A stretch of DNA of 64,000 nt from an uncultured Chloroflexia bacterium (GCA_963728205.1 CAVSIV010000006.1:544001-608000); one strand, 5' to 3'; positions 1 through 9,872 are shown, numbered from the stretch's first letter. Program-made: numbers and translations. Notes: generated from the sequence alone by a model not told the origin.

Positions 1-539
1 CCGAGGCGGTTGACGTCGATGATCGCGGTGAGGTTGTTGAGCTTCCAGAAGCCGGCGTGCTCGAAGGCCTCCCACATCGAGCCCTCGGCCATCTCGCTGT
101 CGCCGCAGAGGCACCACACGCGGTACGGCAGGCGGTCGAGGTGCTTGCCGGCGAGCGCGACGCCGACGGCGTTACCCAGCCCCTGGCCGAGCGAGCCGGT
201 CGCGACGTCGACCCACGGAAGGACCGGCGTGGGGTGCCCCTCGAGGCGGCTGCCGAACTTGCGGTAGGTGAGGAACTCGTCCTCGTTCACGGCGCCGACG
301 GCGCGGAAGATCGAGTAGAGCAGCGGCGAGGCGTGGCCCTTCGAGAAGATCAGGTGGTCGTTGTCGGGCCGGTCGGGGTGGGCGAAGTCGTAGCGCAGGT
401 GCTTCGAGATGAGGACCGCCATGAGGTCGGCGGCCGACATCGACGACGTCGGGTGGCCCGACCCCGCCTCGTCCACGACGCGCACGGAGTCCACGCGCAG
501 CATTTGCCCGATCTCACGCAGCTGGTCGACTTCGGTCAT
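1..539 (-). CDS. tkt: Transketolase, N-terminal part (runs off window start)
   Basis: Manual translation from ATG at 539: MTEVDQLREIGQMLRVDSVRVVDEAGSGHPTSSMSAAD...DHLIFSKGHASPLLY...LEGHPTP...ATGSLGQG, the transketolase N-terminal motifs. Not in the ORF track because it is truncated. Confidence 0.93.
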   Translation of the reverse strand, partial: MTEVDQLREIGQMLRVDSVRVVDEAGSGHPTSSMSAADLMAVLISKHLRYDFAHPDRPDNDHLIFSKGHASPLLYSIFRAVGAVNEDEFLTYRKFGSRLEGHPTPVLPWVDVATGSLGQGLGNAVGVALAGKHLDRLPYRVWCLCGDSEMAEGSMWEAFEHAGFWKLNNLTAIIDVNRL

Positions 540-800
540 GTGTATCCCTCGCTCGTTCGCGTGCTCGTGGGTGTACGTGGGGAGACTGCCGTCGAGACCG
601 ACCGCGCGTGTGCGGTGGGAAGGCCGGACCTCGGCGCTCCCGCACCTTCCACGTTAGATCACGCGGGAAGTGTGACCGGGCGCGGCGATCTGCGCCAGCG
701 GCGGAGGTCGGCTGAGGGCCGATATGCTGCGTTCGGGCGCGCTCCAGGCGCGCGGCAGGCTTCAGGCCTGCCGTGTGCAGTGGCCGCCTTCCGGCAGCCA

Positions 801-860
801 CCCACAGCGGCGGCAGATATGCCGCCGACCGGTCGGCGGCATGTCTGCCGCCGCTTTGGG
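801..860. repeat. REP-like palindrome family A, compact doublet
   Basis: CAGCGGCGGCAGATATGCCGCCGAC followed directly by the inverted GTCGGCGGCATGTCTGCCGCCGCT. Confidence 0.9.
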
Positions 861-912
861 TTGGCCGCGATGCGCCTCGCCGGCGGGATGCGCCGGAGGA
901 GGAGGAGATGCG

Positions 913-1497
913 ATGACCCCACCCTCGGACGCCGCCGCCCTCCCCGACGACGTTCGCGCCGTCGCGCAGCGGCTGCACGACGCGCCGGCGGTGGCGGCGC
1001 TCGCGGTGACCGGCGCGGGGGCGAGCGCGCTCGCATGGCTGCTCGCGGTGCCGGGCGCGTCGCGCACGCTGCTCGAGGGGCGCGTCCCGTACGCGCGCTC
1101 GGCGCTCGACGAGCTCCTGGGCGGCGAGCCGCCCGGCCCCGTGGTCTCGCGCGACACCTCGGTGGCGCTCGCCCGCGCCGCCCGGGAGCGAGCGGTCGCG
1201 CTCGGCCGGCGCGACCACGCGGCGGCAACCGCGATCGGCGTCGCGTGCACCGCGACCATCGCGACCGACCGCGAGAAGCGCGGCGAGCACCGCTGCTGGG
1301 TCGCCACCGCCGCCGGCGGCGACGTCGCGACGTACGGCCTCGTGCTGACGAAGGGCGCGCGCGACCGGGCCGGCGAGGAGGAGGTCGTCTCGCGCCTCGT
1401 GATCTACGCGCTCGCCGCCGCGGCGGACATGCCGGCCGCGCTGGACCTGCGGCTGCTCCCCGCCGAGCGGCTCGAGGTCGGGAGCGCGCCGGCGTGA
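913..1497 (+). CDS. CinA C-terminal (PncC-fold)-like protein
   Basis: GGAGGAG RBS before ATG 913; LAVTGAGASALAWLLAVPGASRTLLEGRVPY and GVACTATIATDREKRGEHR motifs. Confidence 0.75.
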   Translation: MTPPSDAAALPDDVRAVAQRLHDAPAVAALAVTGAGASALAWLLAVPGASRTLLEGRVPYARSALDELLGGEPPGPVVSRDTSVALARAARERAVALGRRDHAAATAIGVACTATIATDREKRGEHRCWVATAAGGDVATYGLVLTKGARDRAGEEEVVSRLVIYALAAAADMPAALDLRLLPAERLEVGSAPA

Positions 1498-2114
1498 ACG
1501 TCGACGAGGACCTGCTGCGCGGGCTGCTCGACGCCGACGCCGACGGCGCGCCGCGCAGCCTGACCGTGCACGGCGACGGCCGCGCGCTCGCCGACGAGCC
1601 CGTCGCGGGCGCGCTGCTGCCCGGCTCGTTCAACCCGCTGCACGACGGCCACCGCGGCCTCGCCGACGTCGCGTCGGACGCCGCCGGCCTGCCCGTCGCG
1701 TACGAGCTGTCGGTCGTCAACGTCGACAAGCCTCCGCTGGACCTGCCCGAGATCGAGCGCCGCCTCGCCGGCTTCGCCGGCGAGCGCTGGCCGCTCGTGC
1801 TCACGCGCGCGCCGACGTTCATCGCGAAGGCGCGCCTCTTCCCCGGCGTGACGTTCGTGATCGGCTGGGACACCGCGGTGCGGCTCGTCCACGCGCGCTA
1901 CTACGGCGACAGCGAGGCCGCGATGCGCGACGCGCTCGCCGAGATGCGCGACCGCGGCTGTCGCTTCCTCGTCGCCGGCCGCGCCGTCGACGGCCGCTTC
2001 CGCACCCTCGCGGAGGCGGGCATCCCGGGCGCGTTCGCGGAGGCGTTCGCGGAGATCCCCGAGTCGCGCTTCCGCAGCGACCTCTCGTCGACGGCGATCC
2101 GCGAGCGCGGATAG
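1494..2114 (+). CDS. HxGH nucleotidyltransferase (NadD/NMNAT-like)
   Basis: GTG start overlaps the upstream stop (GTGA); LLPGSFNPLHDGH, ELSVVNVDKP, FVIGWDT and SDLSSTAIR motifs. Confidence 0.82.
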   Translation: MNVDEDLLRGLLDADADGAPRSLTVHGDGRALADEPVAGALLPGSFNPLHDGHRGLADVASDAAGLPVAYELSVVNVDKPPLDLPEIERRLAGFAGERWPLVLTRAPTFIAKARLFPGVTFVIGWDTAVRLVHARYYGDSEAAMRDALAEMRDRGCRFLVAGRAVDGRFRTLAEAGIPGAFAEAFAEIPESRFRSDLSSTAIRERG

Positions 2115-2118
2115 GGCG

Positions 2119-2227
2119 CCCGAACCACAGCGGCGGCAGACATGCCGCCGACAGCAGCGCGACGCCGGCCGCACGGACTCTCGTCCGCAGTCTGTCGGCG
2201 GCATGTCTGCCGCCGCTGTGGTTCGGG
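2119..2227. repeat. REP family A doublet
   Basis: Inverted arms of about 35 nt around a short spacer, just after the stop codon. Confidence 0.9.
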
Positions 2228-2302
2228 CGCCGCACACGGCAGGCTTGGATGCCTGCCGCGCGCCCGCACGTATCCTGATCGCGCACCCGATGGGAGCCCG
2301 CC

Positions 2303-3361
2303 GTGGCCGTCTTCGAACGCATCGCCTCGACCGGCCACGAGCAGGTCGTCTTCGCCTCGGACCCCGCATCGGGCCTGCGCGCGATCATCGCGGTCCATTC
2401 GACGCTGCTCGGCCCCGCGCTCGGCGGCACGCGCTGGCACCCCTACCCGTCCGAGGACGCGGCGCTCGACGACGTCCTCCGCCTCTCCGCCGCGATGACG
2501 GCGAAGTCCGCCGTCGCCGGCCTCGACTTCGGCGGCGGCAAGGCCGTCGTGATCGGCGACCCCGCGCTGAAGAGCGAGGCGCAGCTGCGCGCATACGCGC
2601 GCGCCGTCGACGCACTCGGGGGGCACTACCTGACCACCACCGACGTCGGCACGACGACCGCCGAGATGGAGCGGCTGCGCGAGCACACCCGGTACGTTGT
2701 CGGCCTCTCGCCCGAGCACGGCGGCGGCGGCGACACGTCGCTGCTGACCGCCGAGACGGTGATCAGCGGCATGCGTGCCGCCATGCGGGTGGCCTTCGAC
2801 GACGAGTCGTTCGACGGCCGGCACGTCGTCGTGATCGGCACCGGGAAGGTCGGCGCGCAAGTCGCGCGGCACGCGGCGCAGGGCGGCGCGCGCGTGACGG
2901 TGGCCGACGTGCGCGCCGACGCGGCGCGCGCGCTCGCCGACGAGATCGGCGCGGAGGTCGCGCCGGTCGAGGGCGCGTACACGATCGCGTGCGACGTGCT
3001 CTCGCCGAACGCGCTCGGCAGCGTGCTGACGCGCGCGACGATCCCCGAGCTGCGCTGCCGCGTCGTCTGCGGCGGAGCGAACAACCAGCTCGAGGAGGAC
3101 CCGGACGGCGCGCGCCTGCTGGCGCAGCACCACGTCGTCTACGCGCCGGACTACGTCGTCAACTGCGGCGGCGTGATCAGCGCGGCGGTCGAGTGGGGCG
3201 GCTACGACGAGGCGCGCGCCCGCGCGCTCGCCGACCGCGTCTACGACACGACGCTCGCGATCCTCCGCGAGGCCGCGCAGGCCGGCATGTCGACGGCCGA
3301 GGCCGCCGCGCGCCACGTCGCGCGCCGGCTCGCCGAGGCGCGCGCCGCGCAGATGGCGTAG
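2303..3361 (+). CDS. Leu/Phe/Val dehydrogenase
   Basis: HEQVVF..D..SGLRAIIAVHSTLLGPALGGTR, GGGKAVV, GTGKVG, CGGANNQL, APDYVVNCGGVI. Confidence 0.93.
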   Translation: MAVFERIASTGHEQVVFASDPASGLRAIIAVHSTLLGPALGGTRWHPYPSEDAALDDVLRLSAAMTAKSAVAGLDFGGGKAVVIGDPALKSEAQLRAYARAVDALGGHYLTTTDVGTTTAEMERLREHTRYVVGLSPEHGGGGDTSLLTAETVISGMRAAMRVAFDDESFDGRHVVVIGTGKVGAQVARHAAQGGARVTVADVRADAARALADEIGAEVAPVEGAYTIACDVLSPNALGSVLTRATIPELRCRVVCGGANNQLEEDPDGARLLAQHHVVYAPDYVVNCGGVISAAVEWGGYDEARARALADRVYDTTLAILREAAQAGMSTAEAAARHVARRLAEARAAQMA

Positions 3362-3405
3362 CGCGCTCCGGTCGCAACCGCCGGCCGCCGACGCCGACGC
3401 GGGTC

Positions 3406-3717
3406 GCAAGCGGCGGCAGACACGCCGCCGATGTGGGGCGGCCCGACTGGCCGCCTCCCGGCGCGAGAGGTCGGCGCTGCACACGGCAGTCGACGGCCCC
3501 GGTGGGGCGCCGTGCACATCAACGGCACCCAAAGCGGCGGCAGATATGCCGCCGACAGGACGCGGACGCAGTCCGCGGCTGGCGCCGCGCTTCTGTCGGC
3601 GGCATATCTGCCGCCGCTTTGACGTTCCGGCGAGCCCCAAGCCAGCCGCGCGCCCGGTCGCATGAGCGCGGCCCGATGTGCCGCTACCGTATCGGCGGCG
3701 TGTCTGCCGCCGCTTGC
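3406..3717. repeat. Nested REP family A element (outer arms 3406-3432 and 3691-3717; inner 90-nt doublet 3531-3620)
   Basis: Perfect 27-nt outer inverted repeat enclosing the standard doublet. Confidence 0.88.
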
Positions 3718-3744
3718 CACGCACTGGAACGGAGCGGAGACCTC

Positions 3745-5082
3745 ATGCACGACGACCTGCGCTCCGCCATCGACGACGACTTTGCGACGACGCGCGCGCA
3801 CCTCGAGCAGCACGTGCGCATCGCCTCCGTCTCCGCCGAGGGCCCGGACACCCCGGCGATACGCGAGTCTGCCGAGTTCGTGGCGACGCTGGCCGCGGAC
3901 GCGGGGCTGAGCGGCGCGCGCCTGCTCGAGTCGCCGGGCGCCCCGCCGGCCGTCTTCGCGGAGCTCCCCGCGCCGGCCGGCGCGCCGACCGTCCTCCTCT
4001 ACGCGCACCACGACGTCCAGCCGGCCGGCGACCCCGCGCTGTGGACGTCGCCGCCGTTCGGCCCCGTCGAGCGCGACGGCCGCCTCTTCGGCCGCGGCGC
4101 CTCGGACGACAAGGCCGGCATCGCCGCGCACGTCGCCGCGCTGCGCGCGCTCGGCGGCCGCTCGCCCGTCGGCGTGAAGCTCTTCGTCGAGGGCGAGGAG
4201 GAGCTGGGCTCGCCCCACCTGCCGGCGTTCCTCGAGCGCTACCGCGACGAGCTCGACGCCGACCTGATCGTGGTCGCCGACTCCGAGCACTGGCGCGTCG
4301 GCCGCCCCGCAATCACGACGTCGCTCCGCGGACTGGTCGACTGCACGGTCGAGCTCCGGGTGCTGCACGCCGGCGTGCACAGCGGCCAGTTCGGCGGGCC
4401 GATCCTCGACGCCGTCACGCTGCTCGCGCGCTTGCTCGCGACGCTGCACGACGACCGCGGACGCCCCGCCGTTGCCGGCCTCGTCGCCGGCGACGCCGAC
4501 CCGCTCGACCTCACCGAGGCGCAGCTGCGCGAGGAGGCGGGCGTGCTCGACGGCGTGGAGCTGGTGGGCGACGGCGCGCTGACGTCGCGCCTGTGGATGC
4601 GCCCGGCCATCGCCGTGCTCGCCTTCGACGCGCCGCGCGTCTCCGAGGCGATCAACCAGGTGGTGCCGGTCGCGCGCGCGAAGGTGAGCGTGCGGCTCGC
4701 GCCCGGCGACGAGCCGGCGCGGGCGATGCGGGCGCTGGTCGCGCACCTGGAGTCGCACGCGCCGTTCGGGGCGCGCGTCACGGTCACGCCGGGATCGTCC
4801 GCCGCGCCGTTCCGGCTCGAGCCCGCCGGCCGCGGCTACGACGCGATGCACGCGGCGATCGAGGAGGCCTGGGGCGTGGCGCCGGCGCATATCGGCGTCG
4901 GCGGCTCGATCCCGCTGGTCGCGGAGTTCAAGGTCGCCTACCCGCGTGCCGAGGTGCTGCTCACCGGCGTCGGCGAGCCCCGCAGCCACATCCACGGCCC
5001 GGACGAGAGCCAGGACCTCGGCGAGCTGCGGCGCAACTGCCTCGCGGAGGCGATCGCGCTGCGGCTGCTGGGGGAGGGTTGA
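3745..5082 (+). CDS. M20 family dipeptidase
   Basis: ATG 3745 after GGAG; LLYAHHDVQP, GRGASDDKAG, EGEEELGS, GGSIP, HGPDE. Confidence 0.93.
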   Translation: MHDDLRSAIDDDFATTRAHLEQHVRIASVSAEGPDTPAIRESAEFVATLAADAGLSGARLLESPGAPPAVFAELPAPAGAPTVLLYAHHDVQPAGDPALWTSPPFGPVERDGRLFGRGASDDKAGIAAHVAALRALGGRSPVGVKLFVEGEEELGSPHLPAFLERYRDELDADLIVVADSEHWRVGRPAITTSLRGLVDCTVELRVLHAGVHSGQFGGPILDAVTLLARLLATLHDDRGRPAVAGLVAGDADPLDLTEAQLREEAGVLDGVELVGDGALTSRLWMRPAIAVLAFDAPRVSEAINQVVPVARAKVSVRLAPGDEPARAMRALVAHLESHAPFGARVTVTPGSSAAPFRLEPAGRGYDAMHAAIEEAWGVAPAHIGVGGSIPLVAEFKVAYPRAEVLLTGVGEPRSHIHGPDESQDLGELRRNCLAEAIALRLLGEG

Positions 5083-5125
5083 GGCGCGCGGACTGACGTC
5101 CGCGTTCGCCCCGTCGCCGCTCGTC

Positions 5126-5250
5126 AAGCGGCGGCAGACATGCCGCCGACGCTACCGGCGGCCCTCGCCGCCGCTCTGTCGGCGGCCCTCGCCGCCGCTC
5201 TGTCGGCGGCTTCGCCGCCGCTCTGTCGGCGGCATGTCTGCCGCCGCTTT
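5126..5250. repeat. REP family A doublet with internal short tandem duplications, between convergent genes
   Basis: Arms plus repeated CGCCGCCGCTCTGTCGGCGG. Confidence 0.85.
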
Positions 5251-6588
5251 TCACATCAGCAGGTACGGCCGCTCCAGCAGCTCCCCCACCCGCCCCAGGA
5301 ACCGCGCGGACGGGCCGCCGTCGACCACGCGGTGGTCGAACGTCAGGCTCAGCGCCGTCACGCGCGCGCGCACCACGGCGTCGCCCTCGAACGCGGGCAC
5401 CTCGCGCACGCGGCCGACGCCGAGGATCGCGGACTGCGGCGGGTTCAGCACCGGCGTGAACGCGTCGACCACCGTGCCCTCGAGCGAGGTCACGGTGAAC
5501 GTCCCGCCGGTGACGTCGTCGGGCGAGAGGGCGCCGGACTTCGCGCGCTCGTTGAGGTCGGCGACGGAGCGCGCGACGTCCTGCAGCGACCGCGTGGCCG
5601 CGTCGCGCACGACCGGCACCATCAGGCCGTCGTCGAGGTGCACCGCGAAGCCGACGTGCGCGACGGGCTCGTGGACGATGCGATCGCCCTCGAGGCGCGC
5701 GTGCAGTGCCGGGTGCTCGCCGAGCGCGAGCGCGCAGGCGCGCACGACCAGCGCGGTGAACGTGACCGCCACGCGCTCGCCACGCCACTCGCGGTTGAGG
5801 CCGTGGAGCATGCGCATCGCCTCATCGACGCGGGTCTCGGACGACAGCGTGAGCTGCGCGGACGACTGCAGGCTCGCGTGCATGCGCTCGCCGATCGTGC
5901 GGCGACGGCCGGCATAGGGTGTCGACGCCGCGGCGGGCGCGGGGGCGGCTCGTCCTTCGACAGGCTCAGGACGAACGGACGGAGCCGGCGGCTCGACACC
6001 GGCGGGCTGGCGGCTCGCTGCTCGCCCACGGCGTGCGACTGCCGCTTCGATGTCGCGCTCGATGACGCGGCCGCCGGGGCCGGAGCCCGCGAGCGTCGCC
6101 AGGTCGATGCCGGCCTGGCGGGCGAGGCGTCGCGCGTAGGGGCTCGCGACGACGCGGGCGGCCGGCCCGTCGCCGGCCGGCGCCGCCGGCGACTCCGTCG
6201 CGTGCAGCGCCTCCGCCGACGCCGCGACGCTCGCCTCGGCCGCCGCATCGGCCGCCGGCTCCGCCGCCACCGGCGGCGGCTCGTCGGACCCCGCCGGCGC
6301 GCTCCACTGCCGCGCCACCGCCGACAGGATCGCCGGCGGCACGCCGTCGTCGCCCTCCGCGAGCAGGCAGCCCACGACCGCGCCCGGCTGCAGCCGCGTC
6401 CCCTCCTCGACCAGCCGCGCGAGCCGGCCCTCGCCGTCGGCCTCCACCTCCATCTCGACCTTCTCGGTCTCCATCTCGAACAGCGCCACGCCGCGCCCCA
6501 CGGCCGCGCCCTCCGCGACGAGCCAGCGCGTCAGCGTCGCCTCCTCCATCGTCATCCCGACCTTCGGCAGGTGGACCGCGACCGCCAC
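5251..6588 (-). CDS. Dihydrolipoamide acyltransferase (E2)
   Basis: Lipoyl domain ETEKVEMEVEA, E3-binding ASPYARRLA..GIDL..GSGPGGR, catalytic LTFDHRVVDG. Confidence 0.94.
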   Translation of the reverse strand: MAVAVHLPKVGMTMEEATLTRWLVAEGAAVGRGVALFEMETEKVEMEVEADGEGRLARLVEEGTRLQPGAVVGCLLAEGDDGVPPAILSAVARQWSAPAGSDEPPPVAAEPAADAAAEASVAASAEALHATESPAAPAGDGPAARVVASPYARRLARQAGIDLATLAGSGPGGRVIERDIEAAVARRGRAASRQPAGVEPPAPSVRPEPVEGRAAPAPAAASTPYAGRRRTIGERMHASLQSSAQLTLSSETRVDEAMRMLHGLNREWRGERVAVTFTALVVRACALALGEHPALHARLEGDRIVHEPVAHVGFAVHLDDGLMVPVVRDAATRSLQDVARSVADLNERAKSGALSPDDVTGGTFTVTSLEGTVVDAFTPVLNPPQSAILGVGRVREVPAFEGDAVVRARVTALSLTFDHRVVDGGPSARFLGRVGELLERPYLLM

Positions 6589-6592
6589 CGCG

Positions 6593-7603
6593 CTAACCCT
6601 CGACCAGCCGCAGCACGGCGTCGTGGATGCCGTCGGCGTTCACGATCCACGCGCGTTCGAGCGGCGGGCTGTACGGCACCGGGCTCCACGGCCCGCCCAG
6701 CCGCGCCGGCGGCGCGTCGAGGTCGTCGAACGCCTCGGCCACGATCTGCGACGTGATCTCGGCGCCGATCCCACCGAACTGCACCGCCTCGTGCACGGTC
6801 AGCACCCGGTGCGTCTTGCGCACCGACGCCGCGATCGTGTCGATGTCGAGTGGCTGCAGGCTGCGCGGATCGACGACCTCGATCTCGATGCCGCGTTCGG
6901 CCAGCCGATCCGCCGCCGCGAGCGCCTCGTGCACCATGAACGCCGTCGCCACCACCGTCGCGTCGCGCCCCTCGCGCACCACGCGCGCCGAGCCGAGCGG
7001 CACGACGTGCTCGCCCTCGGGCACCGGCCCGCGCAGGCGGGCACAGCGCTTGTGCTGGATGAAGAAGACCGGGTTGTCCTCGCGGATCGCCGACGTGAGC
7101 AGGCCCTTCGCGTCGGCCGGGGTGCTCGGCATCACGACCTTCAGTCCGGGGATGTGGCAGAGGAGCGCCTCGAGGCTCTGCGAGTGCTGCGCCGCCATCC
7201 CGCCGCCGGCCCCCGCGTTGGCCAGCACCGTCAGCGGCAGCCGCGCCTTGCCGCCAAACATGTACTTGTTCTTCGCCATCTGGTTCAGGATCTGGTCGAA
7301 GCAGACGCCGATGAAGTCGATGAACATCACGCTCACGACGGGCCGCAGCCCCTGGAGCGCCGCGCCGATCGCGAGCCCGGCGATCGCGTTCTCCGAGATC
7401 GGCGTGTCGAGGATCCGCTCGGGGCCGAAGCGCGGCAGGATGCCGCGGGTCGTGCCGAAGACGTCGCCGCGTGCGGCGAGGTCGATGCCGGCGACGAAGA
7501 CGTTCGGGTCGCGCTCCATCTCGGACATGAGCGCCTCGTTCACGGCCTGCAGATAGGTGATCTCGCGCTGGCCGGTCGCGGTCGGTTCGGTGGTGGTGGT
7601 CAT
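6593..7603 (-). CDS. TPP-dependent dehydrogenase E1 beta subunit (AcoB/PdhB-like)
   Basis: DTPISENAIAG, AQHSQSLEA, PGLKVVMPSTP, EVVDPRSLQPLD; ATG 7603 after GGAGG. Confidence 0.94.
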   Translation of the reverse strand: MTTTTEPTATGQREITYLQAVNEALMSEMERDPNVFVAGIDLAARGDVFGTTRGILPRFGPERILDTPISENAIAGLAIGAALQGLRPVVSVMFIDFIGVCFDQILNQMAKNKYMFGGKARLPLTVLANAGAGGGMAAQHSQSLEALLCHIPGLKVVMPSTPADAKGLLTSAIREDNPVFFIQHKRCARLRGPVPEGEHVVPLGSARVVREGRDATVVATAFMVHEALAAADRLAERGIEIEVVDPRSLQPLDIDTIAASVRKTHRVLTVHEAVQFGGIGAEITSQIVAEAFDDLDAPPARLGGPWSPVPYSPPLERAWIVNADGIHDAVLRLVEG

Positions 7604-7641
7604 GGGTGGATCCTCCGCCCGCATCTGTGCTCGCCTCCCGG

Positions 7642-7701
7642 CCCCTCAGCGGCGGCAGATTGCCGCCGACCGGTCGGCGGCAATCTGCCGCCGCTGAGGG
7701 G
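7642..7701. repeat. REP family A compact doublet between E1a and E1b
   Basis: Perfect 60-nt palindrome CCCCTCAGCGGCGGCAGATTGCCGCCGACC-GGTCGGCGGCAATCTGCCGCCGCTGAGGGG. Confidence 0.9.
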
Positions 7702-7715
7702 AGCCGGGGCCGGGC

Positions 7716-8694
7716 CTACGCCGTATACACGTCCGTCAGCAGCTCGCTCGTGTCCGGGTAGGGCGACGCCTCGGCGAAGCGGATGCCCTCCTCCACCTCA
7801 CGCCGGATCTCGTCTCGCACGCGCTCGGCCGACTCGCCGCCGAGGATGCCCCGCGCCGCGAGCACGCCGGCGAGGATCTCGAATCGGGTCGCGCTGCCGC
7901 CACGCCGCACGCTCCTCGGCCGGGCGCGGGTCGTTCTCGCTCATGCCGGTGTGGTTGTAGAAGCGATAGGTGTCGGCCTCGATCAGCGTCGGGCCGTCGC
8001 CGGCGCGCGCCCGCGCCACCGCGTCGCGCGCCGCCGCGTAGACCGCGAGCACGTCCTGGCCGTCGACCGTGATGCCGGGGATGCCATAGGACGCGGCGCG
8101 GTCGGACAGCCGCGTGATCGCGCCCTGGTGATCCTGTGCGGTGAACTCGCCGTAGTGGTTGTTCTCGACGACGAAGATCGCCGGCAGCCGCAGCACCGCG
8201 GCGAGGTTCACCGCCTCGTGCCAGGTGCCCTCGTTCGTCGCGCCGTCGCCGGTGAAGCAGACGCACACGCGGCCGTCGCCGGCGTACTTCGCCGCGAACG
8301 CCGCGCCGGCGGCGATCGGCGGGCCGCCGCCGACGATGCCGTTCGCGCCGAGGATGCCGAGCTCGAGGTCGGCGATGTGCATCGAGCCGCCCTTGCCGCG
8401 GCAGTAGCCGTCGGCGCGGCCGAACAGCTCCGCGAACATGCGGCGCACGTCGCCGCCCTTCGCGATGCAGTGCCCGTGGCCGCGGTGCGTGCTCGTGATC
8501 GTGTCGGCCTGCTCGAGGTTCGCGCAGACGCCGACGGCGACCGCCTCCTCCCCGGCGTAGAGGTGGACCGCGCCCGGGATCTTCGCCTGCTCGGCGAGGC
8601 GGCCGGCCGCCTCCTCGAACTCCCGGATGCGCAGCATCGTGCGGTACATGTAGAGCAGCTGCTCGGCGTCGAGCTGCTCGGCCGTGGTGGTCAT
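7716..8694 (-). CDS. TPP-dependent dehydrogenase E1 alpha subunit (AcoA/PdhA-like), with a single +1 frameshift near 7883
   Basis: HLYAGEEA, STHRGHGH, GKGGSMH, GDGATNEG, ENNHY; the C-terminus EILAGVL..FAEASPYPD..LTDVY is in another frame (GAC CCG ATT CGA G instead of ATC GAG). Confidence 0.9.
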
Positions 8695-8870
8695 GGCGAC
8701 CTCCATCCCAGACGCGGGCCATTCGCGGCGTGATGGTACGCCCGCGCGTTCCGGGCGCGCGCCGGCTTCAGGCCGGCCGCGTGCGGCAGCCGCCTCCGCG
8801 CCGGCGTTGATCGCACCGCGGCGGGCCCCTACAAGTTGGCAGCCGCTACCAGGTAAGGAGTTGCGCCCCG

Positions 8871-9137
8871 ATGACCCGCACCGCGCGCCGACTCGCCGTC
8901 GGCATCACCTTCGCCGCCCTCGCACTCACGCCCGCGTTCGCCACCGCCGCCACGCCGGGCAACGCCGACGCCGCGGCCGCGTGCCGTGGCGACGGCTACC
9001 AGGCATACGTGCGCGCCGACAACTCGGGCTTCGACACCGTCGGCGCATGCGTCAGCTACGCGGCCCGTGGTGGGACGCTCTACAGCAAGTCCTCGCCCGA
9101 CGCGATCCGCAGCCGGACCAAGCACAACGGCGACTAG
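8871..9137 (+). CDS. Small secreted protein with a Cys pair
   Basis: TAAGGAG RBS; signal peptide; ACRGDGY...FDTVGACVSYAARGG. Confidence 0.7.
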   Translation: MTRTARRLAVGITFAALALTPAFATAATPGNADAAAACRGDGYQAYVRADNSGFDTVGACVSYAARGGTLYSKSSPDAIRSRTKHNGD

Positions 9138-9189
9138 CCGGTTCGCGCCGCCTCCGCGCGCGGCGAGCGACGGTCCTCGTCGGAAAGTC

Positions 9190-9279
9190 AAAGCGGCGGC
9201 AGATATGCCTCCGACAGGACGCGGACGCCGTCCGCGGCCGGCGCCGCGCTCCTGTCGGCGGCATATCTGCCGCCGCTTT
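9190..9279. repeat. REP family A 90-nt doublet
   Basis: Same arms and GACGCGGACGC..CCGCGGC core as 3531-3620. Confidence 0.9.
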
Positions 9280-9440
9280 GGGTGACGTTCATGCGCGCGC
9301 GGCGCCCCACCGGGCATGTCGACTGCCGTGCACACGCCGTCGGACCATGTGGCCCACGGCAGCGCTGACGGCTGTCGCTCGCCCGGAGGCGAACACGCGG
9401 CAAGCACCGACGCGGCGGGCGTGAAGCCCGCCGCGCGCCG

Positions 9441-9872
9441 TCAGCGCATCGCGTCCGCGATCAGTGCCCGCACGCGCTCCATGTGGGCCGCGTCCTCGTA
9501 CTTCGACCGCGGCCAGAAGAAGCCGCGCAGGCCGTCCTTGCGGCGGCGCGGCACGACGTGCACGTGCAGGTGCGGCACGCTCTGGCTCACGCGGTTGTTC
9601 ATCGCGACGAACGTGCCCTCGGCGTCCATCGCCCGCTCCACGGCGCGCGAGAGGCGCTGCGCGGTTGCGAAGAGCGGCGTCAGGAGGTCCGCCGGGAGGT
9701 CGCCCAGCGTCTCGACGTGCGCGCGCGGCACGAGCAGCGTGTGGCCGGGGAAGAGCGGGCGGTGGTCGAGGAACGCGATCACGTCGTCGTCGCGGTAGAC
9801 GACCGGGGCGTCGACGTCGCCGGCAACGATGTCGCAGAAGGTGCAGTCCGGCGCGCGCTTCGTTGCGGGCAT
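9441..9872 (-). CDS. HIT family protein
   Basis: CTFC, AFLDHRPLFPGHTLLVPRAH, QSVPHLHVHVVP; start at ATG 9872. Confidence 0.93.
   Translation of the reverse strand: MPATKRAPDCTFCDIVAGDVDAPVVYRDDDVIAFLDHRPLFPGHTLLVPRAHVETLGDLPADLLTPLFATAQRLSRAVERAMDAEGTFVAMNNRVSQSVPHLHVHVVPRRRKDGLRGFFWPRSKYEDAAHMERVRALIADAMR

Noticed and set aside
7875-7890. Programmed frameshift in E1 alpha
   Set aside because: No slippery sequence; the same ATC-to-ATTC change appears in dnaE2 near 34168, so a sequencing indel is more likely.
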